From positions 2,220,001-2,252,000 of the forward strand of contig NC_010546.1 in assembly GCF_000017845.1 (NCBI RefSeq): a stretch of 32,000 bases of DNA, in the 5' to 3' direction. Below the pieces are notes generated by a model. It saw only the letters and a list, made by a program, of their open reading frames with translations. It did not search any database and had not been told where the DNA came from. The stretch is from Crocosphaera subtropica ATCC 51142 (GTDB lineage Bacteria > Cyanobacteriota > Cyanobacteriia > Cyanobacteriales > Microcystaceae). The position numbers were made by a program, and so were the translations under genes. Position 1 is the stretch's first letter; each line of letters starts with the position of its first letter. Below, piece after piece: positions 6,964 to 14,872 of the stretch.

Positions 6964-7311
6964 ATGAACTTTCAAAAACAACTGAGTCAATTAATTCGCT
7001 CCGATGAACTCATCGATAACCTACCCCCAATTGATATTTTTTCCTCTGCTAAAGATCATAATCACCTAGAACGACGTTTGCAACAAAGAGCCATTAATTG
7101 GGACATGATTAAACTCACAATAGCCTACGGCAAATTTCAGTATTATTCCCAAGCAAAAACCTGGACACTATTAGACAAAAACCTAAAATATACCCCCTAC
7201 CAAAAATTTATTGACAAATTAAGAGGACTGAGAATTATTGCTGCCAATTACGCTTCTGACAGTAGCCTCAGACTCAGTACCGCTTACTGGACATACGACT
7301 TGAGACGATAA
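6964..7311 (+). CDS. Hypothetical protein, possibly DUF4258-like (putative small RNase-type toxin fold)
   Basis: 115-aa ORF. HLERRLQQRAINWDMIKLTIAYGK and the later LRIIAAN....STAYWTY resemble the H..eR..eRgI....v..vl..G ... vvTvY pattern I recall for DUF4258. Weak; not searched. Confidence 0.4.
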   Translation: MNFQKQLSQLIRSDELIDNLPPIDIFSSAKDHNHLERRLQQRAINWDMIKLTIAYGKFQYYSQAKTWTLLDKNLKYTPYQKFIDKLRGLRIIAANYASDSSLRLSTAYWTYDLRR

Positions 7312-7364
7312 ATAGAAAAATTTATTTGTCTTTATTTTAACCCTATTTTTTAAATTGAATAGAC

Positions 7365-7385
7365 CCCTTACTATAGGTTTATCAG
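7365..7385 (+). promoter_or_regulatory. Conserved 21-nt upstream element, copy 1 (cccttactataggtttatcag)
   Basis: 19/21 identical to 8729..8749. Both copies end exactly 24 nt before an ATG (7409 and 8773). It contains a TACTAT/TATTAT -10-like hexamer. Confidence 0.5.
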
Positions 7386-7408
7386 CCAAAAGGAAAAAGC
7401 ATAAAACC

Positions 7409-7930
7409 ATGTTCAATACTTCAAAAAATCACGCCTTAAAAATCAAACCAATTCTTTCTATTGCCTTAGCCACTCTTTCTACTGCTTTAGTTAGTTTATC
7501 TGAACAAAAAACCAATGCACAAAATATTGATCTTCCCAGTGTTGCTATTATTCCTATCTGTGTTCAAACCACACCAGAAGGAACTAAAACTCTTAATGCC
7601 CTAACTGAAGAAACTTCATTATTCAAATGGTCTGAAGTCTATCCCAAATTCTTTCTAATGTATGATTGGCATTTCTGGACTGAATATGTCCCTAAAAACA
7701 GAACAAAGCTTTGCGGAAATAATAGTCCAATGATTTATAAAACTCTAATGCTCATTAACAATAAAAAACCAATTAATCCTGATATTGTTAGTGTTTTAGT
7801 CGTATTAGCAAAAGTCCCAGAAGACCAAATCAACCAGAAGGGTTATGTTGAATTTTGGATGACAGAAAAAGAATCTGACCAATTGAAGAAAGCTTTCGCT
7901 TCTTACAAAATTATTGATGAAAGACTCTAA
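7409..7930 (+). CDS. Small exported protein of unknown function (signal peptide)
   Basis: The track ORF starts at 7355, but I prefer ATG 7409. MFNTSKNHALKIKPILSIALATLSTALVSLSEQKTNAQ is a Sec-type signal peptide, and the conserved upstream element would otherwise lie inside the CDS. No recognisable family. Confidence 0.6.
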   Translation: MFNTSKNHALKIKPILSIALATLSTALVSLSEQKTNAQNIDLPSVAIIPICVQTTPEGTKTLNALTEETSLFKWSEVYPKFFLMYDWHFWTEYVPKNRTKLCGNNSPMIYKTLMLINNKKPINPDIVSVLVVLAKVPEDQINQKGYVEFWMTEKESDQLKKAFASYKIIDERL

Positions 7931-7990
7931 TTAATTTACTCTCTCTTCGTTAATATCTCAAGATACTCAACCTCCATTGATTTTTTAACC

Positions 7991-8551
7991 ATGAATAAAA
8001 CAGTCTCCAAACTCGCACTTTCCCTTATTTTACTAACCAATGTTAATCCTGTTTTAGCAGCATCCACTTCTCACAATACTCAGTTGTCAAAAGAGGTTAT
8101 TATTGTAGCATTTTGGAACCATATTAACCAAGCAATTGATACTATCAAAAAGGGAAGTCAAACCATATCTGACATCCAAGAACGCCAAAGACAAGACGCA
8201 GAAAGAAAAAGACGACAAGACGCTTTGGAACAAGCTCGCAGAGAAACAACAGAAAGACAACTTCAAGAAGCACAAAGAAGAAGAGCGTATTTTGAAAGTC
8301 TTTCTCCAGAAGAAAAACAAGCATACATTGAGCAACAAAATGCAATCAAACAACAACAAGCTGCTGCTAATTTGTTAATTCTAGGCTTGTTTGCAGACTT
8401 TATCATCGGCAGTGGTAGTGAAAGTTATTCCCGTCAAGAAACACCAGGATACATAATACAAGAAAATCGTAACTCTACCCCAACTTATCAACCTACTCCT
8501 GTGAAACCAATACATCCCAATTATGGCAGTTGTCATAGTTATGATTGTTAG
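7991..8551 (+). CDS. Exported/membrane protein with charged coiled-coil segment, unknown function
   Basis: 186-aa ORF. Signal peptide MNKTVSKLALSLILLTNVNPVLAAS; highly charged ERQRQDAERKRRQDALEQARRETTERQLQEAQRRR; hydrophobic segment AANLLILGLFADFIIG; C-terminal Cys pair (GSCHSYDC). Confidence 0.6.
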   Translation: MNKTVSKLALSLILLTNVNPVLAASTSHNTQLSKEVIIVAFWNHINQAIDTIKKGSQTISDIQERQRQDAERKRRQDALEQARRETTERQLQEAQRRRAYFESLSPEEKQAYIEQQNAIKQQQAAANLLILGLFADFIIGSGSESYSRQETPGYIIQENRNSTPTYQPTPVKPIHPNYGSCHSYDC

Positions 8552-8611
8552 AATTCATCCCAAAACAGATTTACATTAGAGCAATTTCAAGACTTGTAAA
8601 CCCCTGTTATA

Positions 8612-8633
8612 GAGGACAGGAAATCATGTCCTC
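8612..8633 (+). terminator. Possible hairpin terminator after the 7991..8551 gene
   Basis: gaggaca (8612..8618) pairs with tgtcctc (8627..8633) across an 8-nt loop. It is followed by ttctcctc, which is only a weak U tract. Confidence 0.35.
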
Positions 8634-8728
8634 TTCTCCTCACAAAAAAACTTATCTCTTCAGCCAATCAAGTTATTTATTTATATTTATTTACATTGAT
8701 CTTCTTTGTTTTGTTGTATGAAATAACT

Positions 8729-8749
8729 CCCTTATTATAGGTTCATCAG
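8729..8749 (+). promoter_or_regulatory. Conserved 21-nt upstream element, copy 2 (cccttattataggttcatcag)
   Basis: See copy 1. It has the same 24-nt spacing to ATG 8773, and the downstream leader and first codons are also similar (MFNTSKNH vs MQNTSITH). Confidence 0.5.
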
Positions 8750-8772
8750 TCGAACACAAAGAGTCTAAACTC

Positions 8773-9249
8773 ATGCAAAATACTTCCATCACCCACTCTG
8801 ACAAACTTCATTTTGTTTCTCTACAAAAGATCAAAAATACACTATTTGGTTTTACCCTTTTTCTAACCTGCTTTCATCCTAGTTTAGTCTTTGCTCAATA
8901 CAACTACGAAATTCAACAATTGCAACAACTTAGAGCAGATTATCAACTACAAATGAAAAATTTACAGACAGAAATGGGGACTTACATGATAACTAATCCT
9001 AAAGCATCTGCTGCTGTTTTAGCTTCAGGAGTCGGCTTTGCAGGGATTTTATCAAAGAATCTAAATGGCACTGCCAAAGTAGTTATAGCAGGAGTAGGAC
9101 TAATAGGAGTTAACCACTGTCTTGATGCTAATAATCGTCAGCATTGTGCCACAGTCTTCGCTAATTTGAATTCCTATGCGACTCAACTCAATAACTACGA
9201 TGAGCAAATCAACTTAATAGACCAGCAAATCAATTACCTACAGAGATAG
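8773..9249 (+). CDS. Small exported/membrane protein of unknown function
   Basis: 158-aa ORF. N-terminal hydrophobic segment LFGFTLFLTCFHPSLVFAQ (signal-peptide-like), a Q-rich coiled segment, and glycine-rich hydrophobic segments AAVLASGVGFAGIL and VVIAGVGLIGV. Confidence 0.6.
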   Translation: MQNTSITHSDKLHFVSLQKIKNTLFGFTLFLTCFHPSLVFAQYNYEIQQLQQLRADYQLQMKNLQTEMGTYMITNPKASAAVLASGVGFAGILSKNLNGTAKVVIAGVGLIGVNHCLDANNRQHCATVFANLNSYATQLNNYDEQINLIDQQINYLQR

Positions 9250-9392
9250 AACAACAATAATAGAGAACCTTATGAGGAATCAGAATATCACTACATAGCA
9301 ATACCTTAAGGTTCTCTAATTCGCAATAAATAACACTTTTGAACTTCATTAATTCTTTAGTTTCTTGATATTTGCAAGAAGAGGAAATTCTT

Positions 9393-9869
9393 ATGAAAAA
9401 AATGACATTTCCCGACAACCTACTATTAAAAAGTTGGGTCTTTTGGATCATAGTAAAATGTAGTCTAAAAATTTCTTACGAAATGAATTCTACTGATACA
9501 TTGACACAGTGGGGAAAAGATTCTTTTTATGGATTAATCTTACCTTGGTTTTGTGGCGCAATTTGGTCTGAATTTGGCTTTTTATCAATGGGAGCGATCG
9601 CAGCAAATATCTATATTGTATTCGTCATTCTTTTCCAGATTTATAGCTTATCATCTAGTCTCAAAAAAGTCATCTGGACATTATTTGTCTTGGCAATGTT
9701 TACAATTTGGCTCGAACCCTGGATTACATTTGTTATTAGGGGCAATTTAGAAGCTTTATTATCTTTTACCCTATTAAAAGGAATTTTGTTTGCTGCTGAT
9801 GCTATTTCTTCTGCTGTCTGGTTTATGTTGACTTACTGGATTTGCGAAACACTTGATAAGGAATTTTAG
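9393..9869 (+). CDS. Polytopic small membrane protein of unknown function
   Basis: The track ORF starts at TTG 9372. I prefer ATG 9393 because gagga lies at 9380..9384 (8-nt spacing). At least four hydrophobic helices: WVFWIIV, FYGLILPWFCGAIW, MGAIAANIYIVFVILFQIY, VIWTLFVLAMFTIW, ILFAADAISSAVWFMLTYWI. Confidence 0.6.
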   Translation: MKKMTFPDNLLLKSWVFWIIVKCSLKISYEMNSTDTLTQWGKDSFYGLILPWFCGAIWSEFGFLSMGAIAANIYIVFVILFQIYSLSSSLKKVIWTLFVLAMFTIWLEPWITFVIRGNLEALLSFTLLKGILFAADAISSAVWFMLTYWICETLDKEF

Positions 9870-9955
9870 GAAGTTTTTTGAAATAATTTTGTTAGGCCGA
9901 TAATAAAACTCTAATCTAGTTTTTTACCTTCAAGTTAAGATTAATGTAGTAATAT

Positions 9956-9990
9956 AAAAAATTAGGGGGATTATCAGAGGATAATCCCCC
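9956..9990 (-). terminator. Strong rho-independent terminator for the HlyD operon (between convergent genes)
   Basis: A perfect 11-bp stem, gggggattatc (9965..9975) with gataatccccc (9980..9990), and a 4-nt loop agag. On the minus strand the stem is followed by TAATTTTTTAT (A run 9956..9961 on the plus strand). It lies 34 nt after the HlyD stop. Confidence 0.75.
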
Positions 9991-10023
9991 CTACAACTAT
10001 TATAATCTTTCCTTGAAAAGTCA

Positions 10024-11652
10024 TTAATCTACCGATTTTAAAGCATCAAGTTTCTTAACCAAAGATTCAGCCACTAAACTAATTACTCGTCGTTTTTCAT
10101 TGACAATAACATTCGCACTAATGGACATTCCTGATTGTAAGGATAATTCTCGACCATTGACCGATAGATTTTGTGTTTCTAAACGAATCAAAGCAGGAAA
10201 ACGATAAAAAGGATAAATTTCATCAGGTTCTAAGGCATCTTTACCAATAGAAATGATTTTGCCTTGAATGTCCCCATACTCACTAAAATTAAAGCTATCA
10301 ATTCTCACATCTACTGGCATTCCTTCTTTCACAAAACCAATATCTTGATTGGTAATAAAGACTTCTGCTATCAAGAAATCTTGAGGAACAATTTTCAGTA
10401 AGGGTTGACTGGCTTTAGCAACAAAACCAGGTTGAGACGCTTTGAGATCAAAAACAACGCCACTGGTATCAGCCTTTAAGTTTTGGTAGGTTAGATTGAG
10501 TTTTGTTTGAGAAAGTTCACTTTCAATTTGAGACAGACGCTTTTTATTTTCGACAATTCGCTTTGTTAATTGACTGTAAATTTCGGCTAAACGTTGCTCA
10601 TTAGCAGCAATTTGTCCTCTCAAATTTGTTTCACCATCTGCCATAATATTGTTTAATTTCTGCTGACTTTGAGACAGTTCTAATTGCAGACGTTTTTGTT
10701 CTTGAATGAGGCGATCAATATCAGCTTGAGTGGATTGAATGGTTTGACGTTGCTGATTCATATCTAAGCTGGCTTCTGCTTCTCTTTGCGACAATTCTGC
10801 TCGCAATTCATTGACCGCTTGTAATTGTTTATCATATTGAATTAAGGCGATCGCTCCTTCTTCTTTTAACGGTTCAATTCGGTTTAAAATTTGTTCTTCG
10901 GTTTGCAGACTTTGTTGAGTATTTTTTAACCCAGATTGATCCCGTCTTTGAATATCCACTAAGTTTTGTTTTTCGGTGGCTAACTGTTTTTTGGCATCAG
11001 CTAACTGTACTTGATTTTGTTGCAGCCGTTTTTCTAATTGAGCCATATCTAAGCGAGCGGTTTGAATACGGGCATTAGACTGCGCTCGCAATGCGTTGAG
11101 ACGGGCTAAATTTTCCCCATTAACATTAGGAATATCCCCTGATAATTTCGCCCGAAATACTTGATTTTCTGTCACTAATTCTGCTCTTTCTCGACCCAAT
11201 TGAGCAATTTCTAAAGGAAGATTAGGGGGCAAGTGTCGGGGAATGGAAGCAGCATTCTGCATCAGAGCTTGATAATATTGATTTTCTTGCCCTAGGGATT
11301 GTTTTTCTTCATTGAGAGACTTCAAACGAGCAACAGTGTTGGTCGTATCAAAGGTAACGAGTAAATCCCCTGGTTGAACCCGTTCGCCATCTTCAACATG
11401 AACTTGGGTAATAACCCCACCGACAGGGGTTTGCACTTCTTTTACTTTGCCTTCTGGTTTTAACTGTCCCGTAACAGGAACCGTTTGTTCAATTTGAGCA
11501 ACACAAGCCCAACCCAGACCAAAGCTACTCACCCCCATCACTGTCCACAACAGAGCTTTAGACCAAAAACTGGTCTGACGAAACGCTAAGGTGATTTGAG
11601 TGGATTCAGGAGAGGAAAAAGCGGATTTTTTGGCACGAATTAAGTGATTCAT
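10024..11652 (-). CDS. hlyD: HlyD-family type I secretion membrane fusion protein
   Basis: N-terminal TM (ALLWTVMGVSSFGLGWACVA), barrel-sandwich motif VGGVITQVHVEDGERVQPGDLLVTFD, a long Q/E-rich coiled coil, and C-terminal beta-barrel motifs (GMPVDVRIDSF, LQSGMSISANV). I prefer start ATG 11652 (MNHLIRAKK), with GGAG about 10 nt upstream, over the track start 11685. Confidence 0.9.
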   Translation of the reverse strand: MNHLIRAKKSAFSSPESTQITLAFRQTSFWSKALLWTVMGVSSFGLGWACVAQIEQTVPVTGQLKPEGKVKEVQTPVGGVITQVHVEDGERVQPGDLLVTFDTTNTVARLKSLNEEKQSLGQENQYYQALMQNAASIPRHLPPNLPLEIAQLGRERAELVTENQVFRAKLSGDIPNVNGENLARLNALRAQSNARIQTARLDMAQLEKRLQQNQVQLADAKKQLATEKQNLVDIQRRDQSGLKNTQQSLQTEEQILNRIEPLKEEGAIALIQYDKQLQAVNELRAELSQREAEASLDMNQQRQTIQSTQADIDRLIQEQKRLQLELSQSQQKLNNIMADGETNLRGQIAANEQRLAEIYSQLTKRIVENKKRLSQIESELSQTKLNLTYQNLKADTSGVVFDLKASQPGFVAKASQPLLKIVPQDFLIAEVFITNQDIGFVKEGMPVDVRIDSFNFSEYGDIQGKIISIGKDALEPDEIYPFYRFPALIRLETQNLSVNGRELSLQSGMSISANVIVNEKRRVISLVAESLVKKLDALKSVD

Positions 11653-11713
11653 GAGATTGACTCCGATAAGTAAGTATCTGGACAAAAATAAACATTACGG
11701 TGAAGTGAGCAAC

Positions 11714-11748
11714 GTGAGTTCGGTGTTAGGAGTTCGGAGGTCAGAGGG
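11714..11748 (-). repeat. Heptanucleotide tandem array (AACTCCG family) in the ABC-HlyD intercistronic spacer
   Basis: The minus strand reads ccctctg acctccg aactcct aacaccg aactcac (5 units). This is the same consensus as the array at 28366..28407. Confidence 0.7.
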
Positions 11749-11822
11749 AGAAGAATATCAATTTAAGTCTCTAGTTACTTTTGAGAATTGGTATAAGTTT
11801 TATTCCTGCACTCCTAAACTCC

Positions 11823-14810
11823 TCAAAGCTGCGTTTCCTGTTGCTGATAAAGGCAGTAATAACGTCCTTTCAGGTTCATTAATTCTTCATGGGTTCCCAT
11901 TTCTGCCACTGATCCGGCATCCATCATCAGAATTAAGTCAGCGTGTTGAATAGTATTGAGACGATGGGTAATGAATAAAACAGTGCGGTTTTGAAAAGCT
12001 TGAGCGAGGTTGTGACAAACTGTTTGCTCTGTGCGGTAATCTAGTGCGCTAGTTGCCTCATCCATAATTAATAGATTCGGTTGTTGTAGAACAGTACGAG
12101 CGATCGCAATGCGTTGTCGTTGTCCTCCTGATAGGGATGATCCCCGTTCCCCAACACGGGTGTTATAGCCATTGGGCAAGTCCATAATGAAATCATGCGC
12201 TCCGGCAATAGTGGCTGCTTCAATAATTTCTTCGCTAGAGGCATCGGGATAAGTAAGAGCGATATTTTCTTCGATGGTGCCATCAAACAGGAGAGAATCT
12301 TGAGGAACGACCCCAATTTGACGACGCAGGGAATAAAGTTCTACTTTGGAGATGTCGTAACCATCGAGAAGAATTCTGCCTTGGTTGGGTTGATACAGTC
12401 TGACAAGTAGTTTGGTTAAGGTACTTTTTCCTGAACCACTCTGACCAACGATCGCCACAAATTTGCCACTAGGAATGGTTACATTAACATGGTTGAGTTG
12501 CAATGTTCCGCCACTTTTGAAGGAAAAAGCTACATTTTCATAGGTAATTGTGCCTTTTACAGTGGGCATGGGTAGATTACCCTGTTGGTCTTCCTCCTGT
12601 TCTTGGGGAGTATCCATAATGTCGCTTAACCGTTCTAAAGAGAGTGCCGTTTCTTGGAATTTCTGCCATGTTTGAGCCAAACGCATCAACGGAGAGGTAA
12701 CGTAACCCGCAATAATACGAAAGGCGATCAGTTCCCCCAGAGTTAAGTGACCTTCGACAACTAAATAAGCCCCCATCCACAACACCAATAATTGAGACAG
12801 TTTGTTGAGGAAATTACTAGCAGAACCCGCTAACGCAGCCGTAGTCGAGGTTTTAAACCCTGATTTAACATAACGGCCATAGCGTTTTTGCCATTGCCAA
12901 CGGGATCGGGTTTCAATATTTTGAGCTTTAACGGTTTGAATACCCGATAAAACTTCCACTAAATAGGATTGGGTGTGACTACTCTTTTCCGCTTTCGTTC
13001 TCAGTTGTCGACGGACAATAGGAGAAACCATGAGGGTGAGTATCATAAACACAGGAACCGTCATCAAAGCAACTAAGGTTAATTGCCAACTGTAAATGGC
13101 CATGACCAAGATATAGAGTAAGGAAAAAATCGTATCGATAATGACAGTTAAAGCAGTTCCCGTGAGAAAAGCACGAATATTCTCTAATTCACCCATGCGA
13201 TGGGCTAATTCCCCTACAGGACGCTTTTCAAAGAAGCGCAACGGTAAACGCAACAAGTGATCGATAATTTGAGAACCCAAACTTAAATCAAGGCGATTAG
13301 TAGCATCATTAAATAGATAGGTTCGTAAACTGCTTAATATGCTTTCAAACACAGCAATGACCAACATCAAAATCCCGAAAATGGGTAAAGTCTCAAGACT
13401 TTTTTGATTAATGGCTAAATCAATAATACGCTGCACCACAAAAGGGTTTACCAGTCCAAAGAGTTGGATAAAAAAAGACGCTAACAACACCTCAAATAAA
13501 ACCTTGCGATACCGAATTAAGGAAGGCAAAAACCAACGAAAGCCAAATTTTTGCTGTGGGGTAATCTCATTTTTTTGTAACAGTAATGCTTGTCCCATCT
13601 CACCCCAAAGATCAAGGAATTGAGGTAATTGGTAGGACTTAATACCCCGTTCAGGAATTCCTAAGACAACCCCTTTCCCACTGCTTTCAAATAGAACAGC
13701 AAAACTTTCTTGCCAGGGAATTAATGCAGGAACCGGTAAGCGAGCAATAGCATTAGTCGGAACTTGAACAATTTGGGTATTCAGTCCCATTAATTCTGCT
13801 ACCGCCGAACATAAGGGCAAAGATAGAGAACCAGTGCGTTGATATTGGTCGCTGAGAACCCGATGAACCGTAGAGCGACGGAACGACATTCCCCAATGTT
13901 TAGCAATCATGGCAAAACAAGCTAAAGGGGCTTCTATGTCTCCGACTCCTCGAATATGACGGTAGGGGAAATGGGGAGGGGTTGGAATGAGATTTTGGGG
14001 TTTTGAGTCTAATGAAGGGGTTTGTTGTATCAGACGTTCTAACTGTTGCCGTTCTTGGGTCGGGGTTTCAGGGATCGAATCTTGAGTGGTTGGTTTGCCT
14101 TGGAAAATTAAGACTTTAAAATCGAGAAGCGGTAAGCCAATTAAACGAACCGCTTGTCCTTTGACTTCTAAATAGGATTGATTTGCATAGATAAGATGTC
14201 CAACTGAAAGATTATTAACCGTTCCGGCACTACTAATGAGCCAGAGGCGATCGCGATCGAGTTGATGGTTAGATAACTTGCCAGGGAGTAAATAGCGAAT
14301 CTGCGCCTTAGTAACCGCTTTTTGTGCCAGTTCTTTGAGATCGACATCAGCCAGGGCTTGTGTTTGTAGTTGTCGTCCTAGGACATCAAACCCTTCAACC
14401 AAAGCACAACGTTGTTGCCACAGCCCTTCTTGTAGTAGGATGTGTGCCTGGACAAATTGTCGGAATTCATCTACAGCGATGGTGAAGCAAACGGTGTCTT
14501 CTCTAGCGAGGACGGTTTCACAGCCAAGATGACGCAGATTACTAATCCAACCAATTAAAGCACCAGGTTTGAGAAGTTCTAGGGTCATTTCTTGCCCCGT
14601 TCGAGGATCTTGACCTAACAAACGAGCTTGACCTTGGTATAAAATAGCAATCTGTTGGGGAATTTGATTACGGGTTAAAATAGGGGTTCCCATCGGATAG
14701 AATTGAACTTGTAATCGTGTCGATAGTTCAACCCGTGCAGCTTGAGGTAATTGATTAAAGGGAAATGTTGCTGCTAAAAAGTCTTGAGTGGTAATTTGAG
14801 TGGGGATCAT
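11823..14810 (-). CDS. Type I secretion ABC transporter (HlyB-like) with N-terminal cNMP-binding-like domain(s) and a catalytically inactive C39-like domain
   Basis: 995 aa. C-terminal NBD with Walker A GQSGSGKST, signature LSGGQRQR and Walker B LLIMDEATSALD. Six-helix TMD. C39-like region EAPLACFAMIAKHWG...ESFAVLF, in which the catalytic Cys position is Ala and the His position is Ser. The N-terminal ~125 aa have the cNMP-binding beta-barrel pattern but lack the Glu and Arg of the phosphate-binding cassette (PGALIGW...LGCETVLA). Confidence 0.9.
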   Translation of the reverse strand: MIPTQITTQDFLAATFPFNQLPQAARVELSTRLQVQFYPMGTPILTRNQIPQQIAILYQGQARLLGQDPRTGQEMTLELLKPGALIGWISNLRHLGCETVLAREDTVCFTIAVDEFRQFVQAHILLQEGLWQQRCALVEGFDVLGRQLQTQALADVDLKELAQKAVTKAQIRYLLPGKLSNHQLDRDRLWLISSAGTVNNLSVGHLIYANQSYLEVKGQAVRLIGLPLLDFKVLIFQGKPTTQDSIPETPTQERQQLERLIQQTPSLDSKPQNLIPTPPHFPYRHIRGVGDIEAPLACFAMIAKHWGMSFRRSTVHRVLSDQYQRTGSLSLPLCSAVAELMGLNTQIVQVPTNAIARLPVPALIPWQESFAVLFESSGKGVVLGIPERGIKSYQLPQFLDLWGEMGQALLLQKNEITPQQKFGFRWFLPSLIRYRKVLFEVLLASFFIQLFGLVNPFVVQRIIDLAINQKSLETLPIFGILMLVIAVFESILSSLRTYLFNDATNRLDLSLGSQIIDHLLRLPLRFFEKRPVGELAHRMGELENIRAFLTGTALTVIIDTIFSLLYILVMAIYSWQLTLVALMTVPVFMILTLMVSPIVRRQLRTKAEKSSHTQSYLVEVLSGIQTVKAQNIETRSRWQWQKRYGRYVKSGFKTSTTAALAGSASNFLNKLSQLLVLWMGAYLVVEGHLTLGELIAFRIIAGYVTSPLMRLAQTWQKFQETALSLERLSDIMDTPQEQEEDQQGNLPMPTVKGTITYENVAFSFKSGGTLQLNHVNVTIPSGKFVAIVGQSGSGKSTLTKLLVRLYQPNQGRILLDGYDISKVELYSLRRQIGVVPQDSLLFDGTIEENIALTYPDASSEEIIEAATIAGAHDFIMDLPNGYNTRVGERGSSLSGGQRQRIAIARTVLQQPNLLIMDEATSALDYRTEQTVCHNLAQAFQNRTVLFITHRLNTIQHADLILMMDAGSVAEMGTHEELMNLKGRYYCLYQQQETQL

Positions 14811-14821
14811 GGTTATTTTGC

Positions 14822-14863
14822 GGTGTAGGGTTTTGGGGGTAGGGTGTAGGGTGTAGGGTGTAG
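14822..14863 (-). repeat. Heptanucleotide tandem array, 6 units of CTACACC (sense strand), immediately upstream of the ABC start codon
   Basis: The plus strand reads ggtgtag ggttttg ggggtag ggtgtag ggtgtag ggtgtag. It ends 11 nt before ATG 14810 on the minus strand, and no SD-like purine run lies between. Confidence 0.9.
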
Positions 14864-14872
14864 AGAGAAAGT

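Noticed and set aside
7355-7408. Upstream start codon (7355) of the track ORF, giving an 18-aa basic N-terminal extension.
   Set aside because: The extension would bury the conserved 21-nt element in coding sequence and place a charged peptide before the signal peptide. The paralogous cassette at 8729..8775 supports the start at 7409.
8087-8378. Three overlapping ORFs (8087..8359 -, 8136..8378 +, 8145..8345 -) within the 7991..8551 gene.
   Set aside because: They are frame artefacts of the purine-rich segment (aga/caa/gaa repeats) that encodes the charged coiled coil. The 7991 frame has a proper signal peptide and spans the whole region.
9230-9451. 73-aa minus-strand ORF in the 9250..9392 intergenic region.
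   Set aside because: It overlaps the ends of two plus-strand genes, has no RBS, and is a typical AT-rich spurious ORF.
11651-11953. 100-aa plus-strand ORF spanning the ABC-HlyD spacer and the 3' end of the ABC gene.
   Set aside because: It is antisense to two well-supported genes, includes the heptamer repeat, and has no homology-like features.
12068-14532. Short ORFs nested in or antisense to the ABC transporter gene (12068..12316, 12195..12410, 12577..12780, 13411..13623, 14335..14532).
   Set aside because: All lie inside the 995-aa ABC CDS, which has unambiguous Walker/signature motifs. They are alternative-frame noise.
11823-14810. Interpretation as a double-glycine bacteriocin/lantibiotic processing exporter (active C39 peptidase), with the small ORFs at 7409..9249 as its substrates.
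   Set aside because: Both the Cys and His positions of the C39 motif are substituted (Ala, Ser). The small ORFs carry Sec-type signal peptides rather than GG leaders, and a classical RTX substrate is encoded next door.
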